Shown here one piece after another: positions 1 through 8,508 of a stretch of DNA of 19,592 bases (positions within the stretch are counted from its first letter, which is position 1; the number at the start of each line of letters is the position of its first letter). The translations under genes were made by a program, and so were the position numbers. Below the pieces are notes generated by a model. The model was not told the DNA's origin. It did not search any database and saw only the letters and a program-made list of their open reading frames with translations. The stretch spans positions 1-19,592 of the forward strand of contig JAISSS010000010.1 in the NCBI GenBank assembly GCA_031272965.1, read 5' to 3'. This DNA comes from Bacteroidales bacterium (GTDB lineage Bacteria; Bacteroidota; Bacteroidia; Bacteroidales; Prolixibacteraceae).

Positions 1-751
1 GTTTATGTTTGTCAGCGGCTATGTATATTGCCTTACAAGTCAGCGAAAATCAGTCGAATATAAATCATTTATTTGGAATAAATTTAAGCGATTATTGGTA
101 CCGTATTTTTTCGTTTCAATTTTGATAATCACTCTGAAATTATTGACAGAGCGCGGGGCATATTTAGAAAATCCGGTTACTGCGGACGCTTTTTTTAAGA
201 TTTTATATTTGCCCACTACGGCAGGTTATTTTTTGTGGTTCGCATATACACTGTTTCTGATTTTTCTGACAGTACCCTTTTTTAATTCCAATAAGAAATT
301 GCTTGTCTTACTTACATCTGCGTTTATACTGAAATATCTGCCTTTTACTTTACCTGCTTTTTTCGGATTAAGGCAATTTCAAAATATGCTTCTGTTTTAT
401 GTGTTGGGAGTTGCTCTGTGTCAATATACAGGACTGCGCAGGGCTGTCGGTAATGTGCATATTATTTGGGCTATAGTGGCTTTTGCTGTATTATATATTC
501 TGAGGCATCACATTGATGTAGAATATTGTCAGGCAATAATATGTTTGTTGCTGGCGTTATCAGGCATTTTTGCCGTGATAAAATTTGCCAAGATATTGGA
601 ACACAGTGGTAAAATCAGTAGAGTTTTGCTCAATGTGGCAGGTTGTTCTTATACAATATACCTGTTTCATACGACATTTATGGGATTTGGGAAAGCGATT
701 TTTGTTAAAATATATCAATTTACCCCCCCCATATTTGTTAAATTATGTTAA
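1..751 (+). CDS. Acyltransferase family 3 (OafA/WecH-like) membrane O-acyltransferase, 5'-partial; the frame is open to the window edge
   Basis: Frame is open from position 2. Highly hydrophobic polytopic sequence. The motif FMFVSGYVY resembles the conserved FFVLSGF of Acyltransferase_3, which normally lies about 70 aa into the protein, so the N-terminus is outside the window. Very AT-rich (about 35% GC) compared with neighbours. Sits in a polysaccharide gene context. Confidence 0.55.
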   Translation, partial: FMFVSGYVYCLTSQRKSVEYKSFIWNKFKRLLVPYFFVSILIITLKLLTERGAYLENPVTADAFFKILYLPTTAGYFLWFAYTLFLIFLTVPFFNSNKKLLVLLTSAFILKYLPFTLPAFFGLRQFQNMLLFYVLGVALCQYTGLRRAVGNVHIIWAIVAFAVLYILRHHIDVEYCQAIICLLLALSGIFAVIKFAKILEHSGKISRVLLNVAGCSYTIYLFHTTFMGFGKAIFVKIYQFTPPIFVKLC

Positions 752-892
752 TTCTGAAATTTTATTTATATTTACGGCAATGGTCATTATTTCATTGGGG
801 GTAATTTGTCCAATTGTATTGCATAAAGCAATGGTACATTACAGTAGAACAGGGTCATTTTTAATCGGGGCAAAATATAAGGGGAATAGCAA

Positions 893-1987
893 ATGAAAAT
901 AGCAGTAACCGGCACTCGCGGCATACCCAACATTCTTGGCGGTGTAGAAACGCATTGCGAGGAACTCTTTCCGCGCATTGCGGCGAAGGGTTTTGATGTA
1001 ACCGTCATTCGTAGAACAAGTTATGTCCAAGACGAATTAACGGAATACAAAGGCGTGAAACTTTTGGATATTTCCACGCCAAAGAAGAAATCGTTTGAGG
1101 CAATCGTTCACACTTTACGGGCAGTTTGGGCGGCAAAATTCCGTCTGAAAGCCGATGTTGTGCATATTCACGCCATTGGTCCCGCGCTGGTTACGCCTTT
1201 TGCACGGCTACTGGGCTTGAAGGTCATTTTTACCCATCACGGACACGATTACGACCGCGACAAATGGGGCAAAGCCGCTAAAATGATGCTCAAACTCGGC
1301 GAACGAATGGGCTGCCGTTTTGCCAACGAAGTAATTGTCATTTCCGAAGCCATCAATGCAAAAATCAAAGAACTGTATAACCGCAACGATGCGCATCTGA
1401 TTTATAACGGCGTACCGCAGCCGAATTTTATTCAATCAACAGAATACCTCAAAGAATTAGGCGTTGAGCCGAAGAAACACATTTTTGCAATGGGGCGTTT
1501 TGTTCCAGAAAAGAATTTTCATCACTTAATTTCGGCTTTTTCTTCGTTAAATCAGCCCGAATATAAACTTGTTTTGGCGGGCGATAGCGATTTTGAAGAC
1601 GAATATTCCCGCGAACTGAAAAAACTCGCCAAAGATAATGGCGTTGTTCTCACGGGCTTTATCAAAGGTGAAAAACTGCACGCATTGCTGACTCACGCAC
1701 GAGTGTTTGTTTTGCCGTCTTCGCACGAGGGGCTGCCGATTGCGCTCTTGGAAGCAATGAGTTACGGCTTGCCCGTCATTGCCAGCGATATTATTCCCAA
1801 TTTGAGTGTCGATTTGCCTCAAAAATGTTATTTCCGGCTTGGTGATATGGCAGATTTGACTGCCAGATTGCAGGATTTTTTGAATAACCAGCCCGAAAAA
1901 ATGACTTATCCGATGGAAAAGTATGATTGGGATAGAATTGCCGAACAAACGATGGCAATTTATCGGAAATTTTACAAAGAAAAATAA
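893..1987 (+). CDS. Glycosyltransferase family 4 (GT4; DUF1972 N-terminal type), polysaccharide biosynthesis
   Basis: ATG at 893. N-terminus MKIAVTGTRGIPNILGGVETHCEEL is typical of DUF1972-GT4 enzymes. C-terminal GT-B signature EGLPIALLEAMSYGLPVIASD (the E-x7-E region). Lies between an acyltransferase and a WbaP-like gene. Confidence 0.85.
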   Translation: MKIAVTGTRGIPNILGGVETHCEELFPRIAAKGFDVTVIRRTSYVQDELTEYKGVKLLDISTPKKKSFEAIVHTLRAVWAAKFRLKADVVHIHAIGPALVTPFARLLGLKVIFTHHGHDYDRDKWGKAAKMMLKLGERMGCRFANEVIVISEAINAKIKELYNRNDAHLIYNGVPQPNFIQSTEYLKELGVEPKKHIFAMGRFVPEKNFHHLISAFSSLNQPEYKLVLAGDSDFEDEYSRELKKLAKDNGVVLTGFIKGEKLHALLTHARVFVLPSSHEGLPIALLEAMSYGLPVIASDIIPNLSVDLPQKCYFRLGDMADLTARLQDFLNNQPEKMTYPMEKYDWDRIAEQTMAIYRKFYKEK

Positions 1988-2116
1988 CCACCATTTCTCT
2001 TGCGCTGCGCTCAGAATGACGTCGCGTTGCGTTTTAAGGTTGGCGGCGGGCGAAGGGAAACGTTTCTCAAATCACAATCCGCCGCCGCCCGCCAGCATAA
2101 TGCGATTTCGCGCTCA

Positions 2117-2165
2117 CGCGGATTTGTAATCCGTGCGTAACAGTGGCACTGATTACAAATCCGCG
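2117..2165 (+). repeat. Perfect 15-bp inverted repeat (cgcggatttgtaatc / gattacaaatccgcg) with a 19-nt loop; stable hairpin after the GT4 gene, abutting the pseudogene start
   Basis: Left arm 2117-2131 and right arm 2151-2165 are exact reverse complements. Followed after 12 nt by aaattttt, a weak T-run. Could be a terminator or a recombination site. Confidence 0.5.
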
Positions 2166-3038
2166 CCAGCAAGGAAATTTTTGAACAAAACGCAATTGAT
2201 TTCATTTACGGGCAAACCTGCGGACAGCCGTGGTTGGTCAATGCCGTTGCGCGTGAAGTTATTGTTAAAGAGTTGAACAATGATTTTTCAAAGCCCGTTA
2301 CCGAAGAACTTGCTGCAAAAGCCATTCAGACAATTATTTTGCGTCGCGATACGCATATCGATTCACTACTCGAACGCCTGAAAGAAGAGCGAGTGCGCCG
2401 CGTGATTGAGCCGATGATTTTGGGGGAATATGTTGAGCGAAGCACAGATGATTTTCAGTATGTTCGCGATTTGGGGCTGATACGCATCGAACCGCGTGTT
2501 GAACCGGCAAACCCGATTTATGCGGAGGTGATGTTTCGCACATTGAATTATTCGGCGCAAATGACTTTGAGAGAAGATTATCAAAACTATGAAATTCCGC
2601 GTTACCTGAAAAACGGACGTATTGATATGGACTTTCTGATGCGCGATTTTCAGCAATTCTGGCGCGAAAACAGCGAAATTTGGGACGAGCGTTTTCAGTA
2701 CAAAGAAGCCGCGCCTCATCTGGTTTTAATGGCTTTCCCTTCAGCGAGTTATCAATGGTGGCGGACAGATTATCCGCGAGGCGGCGGCAGGCAAAAAACG
2801 CCTTGATATCTGTCTCGTTTATGATAACGAAAAATATCCGATTGAACTGAAAATCGACCGCTACAAAAATACCTTGGAGGATGGACTGCGGCAAACTGCC
2901 GAATATGCTGAAAAATACGGCTGCACGGAGGGTTGGCTCTGCATTTTTGACCGCAATCCCGATAAATCGTGGGACGAAAAAATCTATATGCGTCCCGAAA
3001 CAGTGGACGGAAAACGGATAAATGTTGTAGGTCTGTGA
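2153..3038 (+). pseudogene. AAA-family ATPase (DUF4143 / PD-(D/E)XK C-terminal domain type) fragment: N-terminally truncated and carrying a +1 frameshift
   Basis: Open frame from 2153 encodes ...AIDFIYGQTCGQPWLVNAVAREV..., the middle of an Arch/AAA_14-type ATPase. No Walker A region is present, and a stop lies at 2150-2152 upstream. In the C run at about 2737-2739 the reading frame switches: frame 2 gives AFPSAS..stop at 2806, while frame 3 continues LQRVINGGGQIIREAAAGKKRLDICLVYDNEKYPIELKIDRYKN...GWLCIFDRNPDK...VVGL stop at 3036-3038. That continuation is the typical DUF4143 nuclease-like C-terminus. Confidence 0.6.
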
Positions 3039-3068
3039 GTTTCTCCTGACTTTGATTTTCCGCGTTTT

Positions 3069-3105
3069 CCGCGCCAGCAAGGATTTTTACCACTTAATTT
3101 CGGCT
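3069..3105 (+). repeat. Composite junction remnant. 3069-3083 is an exact 15-mer copy of 2161-2175 (ccgcgccagcaagga), and 3078-3105 matches 24 of 27 nt to GT4 gene positions 1510-1537 (encodes K-D-F-Y-H-L-I-S-A, compared with K-N-F-H-H-L-I-S-A in the GT4)
   Basis: Direct comparison within the window. The two source sequences share the microhomology aagga(a)ttttt at the junction. Confidence 0.45.
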
Positions 3106-3213
3106 GAACCATAATTATCTCATATCTCAGCTTTTCTGCTGTATAGCGTCGTGATATTTTGAACGACATTTCATTTTATTTACTATTTAACCATTTCTAA
3201 CTGTTAAAATACC

Positions 3214-4596
3214 ATGATATACGGACGTTACCGGATATTTATCAGTTCACTGTATGCCATAATGACACTGGGGTTGCTGTCGGTTGCCTTTGTGTTGCTG
3301 GCATGGCTTATGGGTGAGAGTATTATGGGCGAGCCATACCGGATTCTGCTCACGCTCATCCTGCTGGGCTACGTGATAACTCTGATGTTCAGGCGGTTTT
3401 ATGGCGACATACGGGAGTTGCGTGGGCGTTACATTCTGCGTAATACGGTAGAAACGCTTTCTTTTTTGTTGCTGCTGACGTTCACGGGGCTGTTTGTGCT
3501 GCACATTTCCAACGCTATTTCGCGGCTGTTTTTTGTTACTTATTTCGCGGTATTATTGGTGTTGATGCCCTTGTCGCACATTGTTCTGCGCAAGCTGCTC
3601 ACCTGGACGCTGGGTTTTCGGGAGCGCAGCATGGAGAAGGCGGTGATTCTGGGCGCCAACTTAGTGGGGCGCAAGCTCAATGCGAAGCTGACCCGTAACA
3701 CATATTACGGCATTCGTGTATTGGGGTTCTTTGACGATACGCCGCTAACCGATTACAAGTTGCTGGGCAGCATTGCCGAGGCCAAAGATTATATCAAGGC
3801 TAACGGTGTTACGCGGATATACTGCTCATTGCCCATGATAGAGGAGGCGCTTATCCGCGATTTTCAGGATTTTGCCGAGGCCAATGTAATAAGTTTCTAT
3901 TTTGTGCCGCAGATTTCCTACTGTCTGTATAATCAGATGGAGGTGGAAGTTGTGCAGGGCATACCGGTGTTTGCGATGCGTCGCAGTCCGCTGGATTCGT
4001 TCCATAATGTGTTGATAAAGAGGGCATTGGATGTGGTTCTTTCGGTGTTTTTTCTTCTTGTGATATTTCCGTTAGTATGTTTGATTTTTGTGCCGCTGAT
4101 AAAGCTGTCGTCGCCTGGTCCGGTATTTTTCAGGCAGCAGCGCACGGGGCGGAATGGCAAGACGTTCTACTGCTATAAGTTCCGCAGTATGCGCCCCAAC
4201 CGGGACGCCGACCGGCTGCAGGCCACAGCCAATGATTCGCGCAAGACGCGGGTCGGCGATTTCATGCGGCGCACCAACATTGACGAGTTGCCACAGTTTA
4301 TCAACGTATTGCGGGGTGAGATGTCGATAGTGGGGCCGCGTCCGCACATGCTGCTGCACACCGAATCCTATTCTCAGCTCATCGGCAAATATATGGTCAG
4401 GCATTTCATCAAGCCGGGGGTTACCGGATGGGCGCAAATTCACGGCTTCCGCGGCGAGACCAAAGAGCTGGCCCAGATGGAAGGCCGCATAATCAAGGAT
4501 ATATGGTATATTGAACACTGGTCAATATGGCTCGACCTCGAAATCATCTTCCGCACAGCCTTCAGCATGGTGGCCGGCGACAAGAAAGCGTATTGA
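3214..4596 (+). CDS. wbaP: Undecaprenyl-phosphate sugar phosphotransferase (WbaP/WcaJ family; bacterial sugar transferase PF02397 with an N-terminal TM/CoA-binding-like domain)
   Basis: N-terminal TM helices. C-terminal catalytic region KRALDVVLSVFFLLVIFPLVCLIFVPLIKLSSPGPVFFRQQRTGRNGKTFYCYKFRSM...DELPQFINVLRGEMSIVGPRP is the classic polyprenyl glycosylphosphotransferase motif. Confidence 0.9.
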   Translation: MIYGRYRIFISSLYAIMTLGLLSVAFVLLAWLMGESIMGEPYRILLTLILLGYVITLMFRRFYGDIRELRGRYILRNTVETLSFLLLLTFTGLFVLHISNAISRLFFVTYFAVLLVLMPLSHIVLRKLLTWTLGFRERSMEKAVILGANLVGRKLNAKLTRNTYYGIRVLGFFDDTPLTDYKLLGSIAEAKDYIKANGVTRIYCSLPMIEEALIRDFQDFAEANVISFYFVPQISYCLYNQMEVEVVQGIPVFAMRRSPLDSFHNVLIKRALDVVLSVFFLLVIFPLVCLIFVPLIKLSSPGPVFFRQQRTGRNGKTFYCYKFRSMRPNRDADRLQATANDSRKTRVGDFMRRTNIDELPQFINVLRGEMSIVGPRPHMLLHTESYSQLIGKYMVRHFIKPGVTGWAQIHGFRGETKELAQMEGRIIKDIWYIEHWSIWLDLEIIFRTAFSMVAGDKKAY

Positions 4597-4626
4597 GCAG
4601 GGGACGGCAAAATCAGAAGGCAAAAG

Positions 4627-4670
4627 ATAAGGCCGCGTTGGGAAGATACCGACGCGGCCTTATTGTTTTA
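4627..4670. terminator. Bidirectional rho-independent terminator between convergent wbaP (+) and the GH172 gene (-)
   Basis: 12-bp perfect stem ataaggccgcgt (4627-4638) pairing with acgcggccttat (4652-4663), and a 13-nt loop. Followed on the plus strand by tgtttta. On the minus strand it is followed by tcttttg (plus 4621-4627). Confidence 0.6.
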
Positions 4671-4707
4671 TGGCATAGTGCTTGCGAGAGCGGGCTATTC
4701 TCTGGCA

Positions 4708-5865
4708 TCAGTTGACTTCCAGCTCTTGCCATGCGGGGAATTTCGGGAAGGCGGCGTGGGGTTCGGTCTGATACCAGAACACCACCGAGGCGATGTCCGA
4801 TTTTTGGGGCAGGTATCGTCCTCCCTGTCGCCATCCGAGGTCCTGGATGGTTACTTTCAGGTCTTTCTCGAAGCGTATCGGGTCGGCGATATGCCAGCGG
4901 TAGAGGCCGAAGCGTTGTGAGGCATTGTAGGCACCATTTCCGCGAATCACCTGGTGCAGGCCGGAATAGGGGGTGCAAAATTCCTGGTATTGGCCATTGC
5001 GGTCGAAGTTATAGGAGCCGCAGAAGTAGTCTTCGGTGCCGGTTCCGCAGATGGTGGGGAACTTGGTGTCGCCGTCCATAAAGAACTTGATTTCGCCTTC
5101 TCCCCACCAGCCGTTGTTGTGGACGCCCCATGCCATATAGACGCCCACATAGTGGCCTTTGCCTTTGATGCCCTCCACGATGGTATAGTCCGAGCCCTCG
5201 TTATAGTGGGTACGGCGGAACTGGGCGTGGAGATATGCGGCGTCCTTGGGCACGTCGGTCAGGGTGTAGTCAATCTGATAGTAGAGGGTCATAGCGTCTT
5301 TGTCGTTGACATTTTCCATAGTGATTTTACACTTTTTGCGGAACGGCATTGGCCAGTAGCAGTTAAAGGCGCTACCGGGGTTGACGCATACGGGCAGGGA
5401 TACTAACGGGGCATAAACACCCCATCCCATTCCGAAGAAGTCGCCAACGGGACATTCTATGGAGGGGGTTGTTTCGTCGTCCCAATAGAAGCGCAGGATG
5501 GAGAACCGCCAGTTGCCGGTGGGGGTCATCCATATATGCTGGATAGCGCCCGGCCCGCTGATTTCGGCCAGCGTTATTGTTTCGCCTGCATTTATGCGGA
5601 TGTAGGGGTTTACTTTCCAGCCGAGGCCGAGGTCGCGGGCGGCGCCGGCGGCATTCGCCACGTTGGGCCGATTGCTGTCTTTGGGGTCGGCCATACCGCC
5701 TTTGCCTTTCTCGCCGGTGAAATTTTCGGGCGAGATGGAGCGCGTTTTGGCGTCCGACAGGCGGTAGATGTTGCCGATGTTAACGTCTAAGCCGTTGAAC
5801 TGCGTTTGGCCGACCATTGGGGCCGCCAACATGCAAATAACGGACACCAGTGCAAAATTTCTCAT
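4708..5865 (-). CDS. DUF2961 / glycoside hydrolase family 172 protein (the family includes alpha-D-fructofuranosidase/DFA-I synthase and alpha-D-arabinofuranosidase members), with signal peptide
   Basis: N-terminal signal peptide MRNFALVSVICMLAAPMVGQ. The following block NIYRLSDAKTRSISPENFTGEKGKGGMA matches my recollection of the conserved N-terminal DUF2961 signature. About 385 aa is the typical family size. Confidence 0.65.
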   Translation of the reverse strand: MRNFALVSVICMLAAPMVGQTQFNGLDVNIGNIYRLSDAKTRSISPENFTGEKGKGGMADPKDSNRPNVANAAGAARDLGLGWKVNPYIRINAGETITLAEISGPGAIQHIWMTPTGNWRFSILRFYWDDETTPSIECPVGDFFGMGWGVYAPLVSLPVCVNPGSAFNCYWPMPFRKKCKITMENVNDKDAMTLYYQIDYTLTDVPKDAAYLHAQFRRTHYNEGSDYTIVEGIKGKGHYVGVYMAWGVHNNGWWGEGEIKFFMDGDTKFPTICGTGTEDYFCGSYNFDRNGQYQEFCTPYSGLHQVIRGNGAYNASQRFGLYRWHIADPIRFEKDLKVTIQDLGWRQGGRYLPQKSDIASVVFWYQTEPHAAFPKFPAWQELEVN

Positions 5866-5911
5866 ACGCTATTGATGTTTCTACATTATGTTTCTGTCAA
5901 TGTCTGTAAGA

Positions 5912-8164
5912 CTATTTTATTGAAATCAGGGGCCAGTCGTCGGTGCGGAACGGCGATGCGGGCAGTCCGGCGGCGTTGACTAAGCATGCTTCGGGGTTAT
6001 TTCCCCAGGCATAGCGTACTGCGACCGGCGCTTTTACGGCGTCGCTGCTGACAGTAACGGTGTTTCCGCTGATGGTGGCTTTTGCCCATACGAATTTTTT
6101 ATCGGCGCCGGCGATTGCGAAGCCTTCCACGTAACCGTATTTGTTCTTCGAGGCTAAACCGTCGGCGTGGTCGAAGGTGATGACTATGCGGGTGCCGTCC
6201 ACTTTCATGCTTTTGTATTCAGGCCCTGAATATTCGATATTTTTTCCGTAGGTTTTTGCCAGGGCGTTGAGTGCTAAGCGGCGGCCAACTTCCTGCTTGT
6301 TTTTGGGATGGATGTCGAAGGCGTCGCCGATGTCGATGGTTACGGCCTCGCCGGTGTTGGTCAGGCTGAGGGTTTTGTGCTGTGCTTCGCGGAGTTCTGC
6401 CCAATTGCTGTCAACGGGTTTGGCGTCGGGGGCCATGAAGTTGGCCAATTGGGTGAAATAGAAGGGCAGTTCGGGCTGGTTCCATACTCTGCGCCAGTCG
6501 TTAATCATGTTTGGGAACAGGATTTGGTAGCGTTGTGCCATGTCTGCATTGCTTTCGCCCTGGTACCATATTGCGCCTTTAACGGGGTATGTAATCAGGG
6601 GATGAATCATGCCGTTATAGAGCAGCGTCGGAAAGTTTGGGTTATTTTTTGCGCGTCCGAGGAAGTCTTCTTTTGCCACGTCGGCCATTATGTTGTCGTA
6701 TTGGGGCAAAGTTTTCATCGTTTCGGTAGTGGTCCATGTTTCCACGATAGTGCCGCCCCAGGAGGTGTTAATCAGGCCGATGGGGATGTCGAGCTGGCTC
6801 TGCAGTTCGCGTCCGAAGAAGTATCCGGCGGCTGAAAATTCGGGGATTGAAGCGGGGCTACATTCTTTCCAGCCGCTCATGGGGACGTCCTGTTGAGGGG
6901 TTGTTGCAATCTTTTTATAGACGGTTAGCAGGCGTATTTTCGGGTAATTTGCGGCGGCGATTTCTTTTTCGAAGTTGATAATTCTGCCCCATCCGGCCAG
7001 CTGCATTTCCATATTTGACTGGCCGCTGCACACCCACAAGTCGCCGGAGAGGATATTTTTGAAGGTGAAGGTGTCATTTTTGCCTTTGATGGTCAGCTCG
7101 TAGGGGCCGCCCACCGGCAGCGGTTTGAGGCTTGCATGCCAGATGCCGTCTTTTCCGGCGGTTGCTTTGGCGCTCTGGCCGTTGATGCTGACCGTAACTG
7201 TTTCGCCTTTGGCGGCCCATCCCCAGAGTTTTACGGGGGCCTCGCGCTGGAAGAGCATGTTGTCGGAGACATATTGGGGCAGTTTTACCGAGGCGAGGGT
7301 TTTGTGGCAGAAGTTCACGCAGGCGGAGACTTCTTTGACGGGGTCGGAGCCTTTAGGGATGCCATATTCGAGCTCTATGTCGCAGAATATGGGCCATTTT
7401 TCCTTCCCAATAAGCTGCAGGATTTCGGCCACGGGGGTTTGTCCCTGCCCCCAGATGCGGTTGTCGCCGCAGGTGCTCTTTTCGGAGGGGCCTGTCTTAT
7501 CTTTCAGGTGGAGGCTGGCGATTCTGTCGTGGTTCTGGCGGATAAATTCGCAGGGGTTCTTTCCGGTAACGCCGAAGTAGTGGCCGACGTCGAAGTTGAG
7601 CATCACGCTTTTGCTCACTGCCAGGATGGGCTCGTAGCTGAAGCCCGGCTCGCCCGGCTGACAGTGGTTATGAAAGATGATGTGCGACTTGTGCTTTTCG
7701 GCGAAAGGGGCGAGGCGTTTGGCCTGCTCTAAGGACACTTCGGTGGTGATGCCCATGGCGCCCAGCGTATTGGCCACGTTGAAAGCGTAGTCTATTTCCG
7801 CATCCGAGCCGAAAGTTTCGAGCTTCAGGATATGGATTTTCACGCCTTTGGCGTCAAAGAGCTTCTTGATTTCCTTAAACTTGTCCATAGAGACGGACTG
7901 CCGCCATTCGCGGTGCCCCTGTGCGGGTATCCCCGCGTAGGATTCCACGGTGGAGCCCATCAGCTCGACGGAGTTAATACCTGACCTGACGATATAGTCA
8001 AGCACTGCGGGAAGCGACTGGTCAGGCAACTCGCGATAGCTGTAGGTTATCGTGCCTATCTGTACGCCTCCGAATTTGGAGTTCGGCTTGGCGTCGGTAG
8101 CCGCCTGTGCCGTCATGCAGGTGAAAAGCCCTGCTAAAAAAACGAATATCAAAAATTTACGCAT
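5912..8164 (-). CDS. Secreted two-domain enzyme: N-terminal xylose-isomerase-like TIM-barrel (sugar phosphate isomerase/epimerase fold) fused to a C-terminal sialate O-acetylesterase (SASA/DUF303) carbohydrate esterase domain
   Basis: Probable true start is ATG at 8164 (MRKFLIFVFLAGLFTCMTAQA signal peptide). The ORF track extends 10 codons further, to 8194. N-terminal half carries VELMG...HIIFHNHCQPGE...NFDVGHY, typical of PF01261. C-terminal half carries DLWVCSGQSNMEMQ, the GQSNM catalytic motif of SASA esterases, and ...AIWYQGESNA. Confidence 0.75.
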   Translation of the reverse strand: MRKFLIFVFLAGLFTCMTAQAATDAKPNSKFGGVQIGTITYSYRELPDQSLPAVLDYIVRSGINSVELMGSTVESYAGIPAQGHREWRQSVSMDKFKEIKKLFDAKGVKIHILKLETFGSDAEIDYAFNVANTLGAMGITTEVSLEQAKRLAPFAEKHKSHIIFHNHCQPGEPGFSYEPILAVSKSVMLNFDVGHYFGVTGKNPCEFIRQNHDRIASLHLKDKTGPSEKSTCGDNRIWGQGQTPVAEILQLIGKEKWPIFCDIELEYGIPKGSDPVKEVSACVNFCHKTLASVKLPQYVSDNMLFQREAPVKLWGWAAKGETVTVSINGQSAKATAGKDGIWHASLKPLPVGGPYELTIKGKNDTFTFKNILSGDLWVCSGQSNMEMQLAGWGRIINFEKEIAAANYPKIRLLTVYKKIATTPQQDVPMSGWKECSPASIPEFSAAGYFFGRELQSQLDIPIGLINTSWGGTIVETWTTTETMKTLPQYDNIMADVAKEDFLGRAKNNPNFPTLLYNGMIHPLITYPVKGAIWYQGESNADMAQRYQILFPNMINDWRRVWNQPELPFYFTQLANFMAPDAKPVDSNWAELREAQHKTLSLTNTGEAVTIDIGDAFDIHPKNKQEVGRRLALNALAKTYGKNIEYSGPEYKSMKVDGTRIVITFDHADGLASKNKYGYVEGFAIAGADKKFVWAKATISGNTVTVSSDAVKAPVAVRYAWGNNPEACLVNAAGLPASPFRTDDWPLISIK

Positions 8165-8191
8165 AACAATTGCTTTTTTTAATAACGGCTG

Positions 8192-8199
8192 CAAATATA
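8192..8199 (-). promoter_or_regulatory. Bacteroidetes sigma-A type -7 element (TATATTTG on the minus strand) upstream of the esterase-fusion gene
   Basis: Minus-strand tatatttg lies 27 nt upstream of the ATG at 8164, matching the Bacteroides TAnnTTTG consensus. The -33 element is weak. Confidence 0.4.
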
Positions 8200-8430
8200 G
8201 GGATTTTTTTTGAACACTCAGCGCTTTCAGGAAAAAAAAGAGGGATTATCCGTATGCACCATTGTCGCAACAGATGTGCCGTCAGGTACGCAATATGAGA
8301 TTTTTCGCACATTCCGTCCCTACACGGACGGTGGAAGGTGGGGCATAACATTTTCTACCAACATTTTGTCCATAGCAGGATAATCAGGGAGCCTTTTGTG
8401 GATAATCATTAAAAAAATCAGCTGTCTGTT

Positions 8431-8470
8431 TTATAAAAAAAATAGCAGTATTGGCCTCTGCCAATACTGC
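8431..8470 (-). terminator. Rho-independent terminator downstream of the ECF sigma gene 8509..9081
   Basis: Minus strand stem gcagtattggc (8445-8455) pairs with gccaatactgc (8460-8470) around a 4-nt loop (ctct). On the minus strand it is followed by tattttttttataa, seen on the plus strand as an A-run at 8435-8442. Confidence 0.7.
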
Positions 8471-8508
8471 CTTTGAAACACTGATACATGTGACTTAGGA
8501 GTCTCTTT

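Noticed and set aside
585-896. 103-aa ORF overlapping the acyltransferase 3' end and the GT4 upstream spacer
   Set aside because: Overlaps a better-supported gene in another frame and has a low-complexity composition. Likely spurious.
1523-1537. Isolated 15-mer identity between the GT4 gene and 3091-3105, considered as possible evidence of a mobile element repeat
   Set aside because: A single exact 15-mer match is expected by chance about 0.3 times in a 19.6-kb window. It is reported only as part of the composite junction, where the adjacent independent 15-mer and the extended 24/27 match make chance unlikely. It is not called as a mobile-element terminal repeat.
4954-5406. ORFs of 150, 175, 198 and 151 aa on the plus strand (4954-5406, 6308-6835, 7136-7732, 7125-7580) antisense to the GH172 and esterase genes
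   Set aside because: They lie wholly inside much longer, motif-supported minus-strand genes. They are Gly/Ala/Val-rich, as expected for the antisense frame of GC-rich coding sequence, and have no recognisable motifs.
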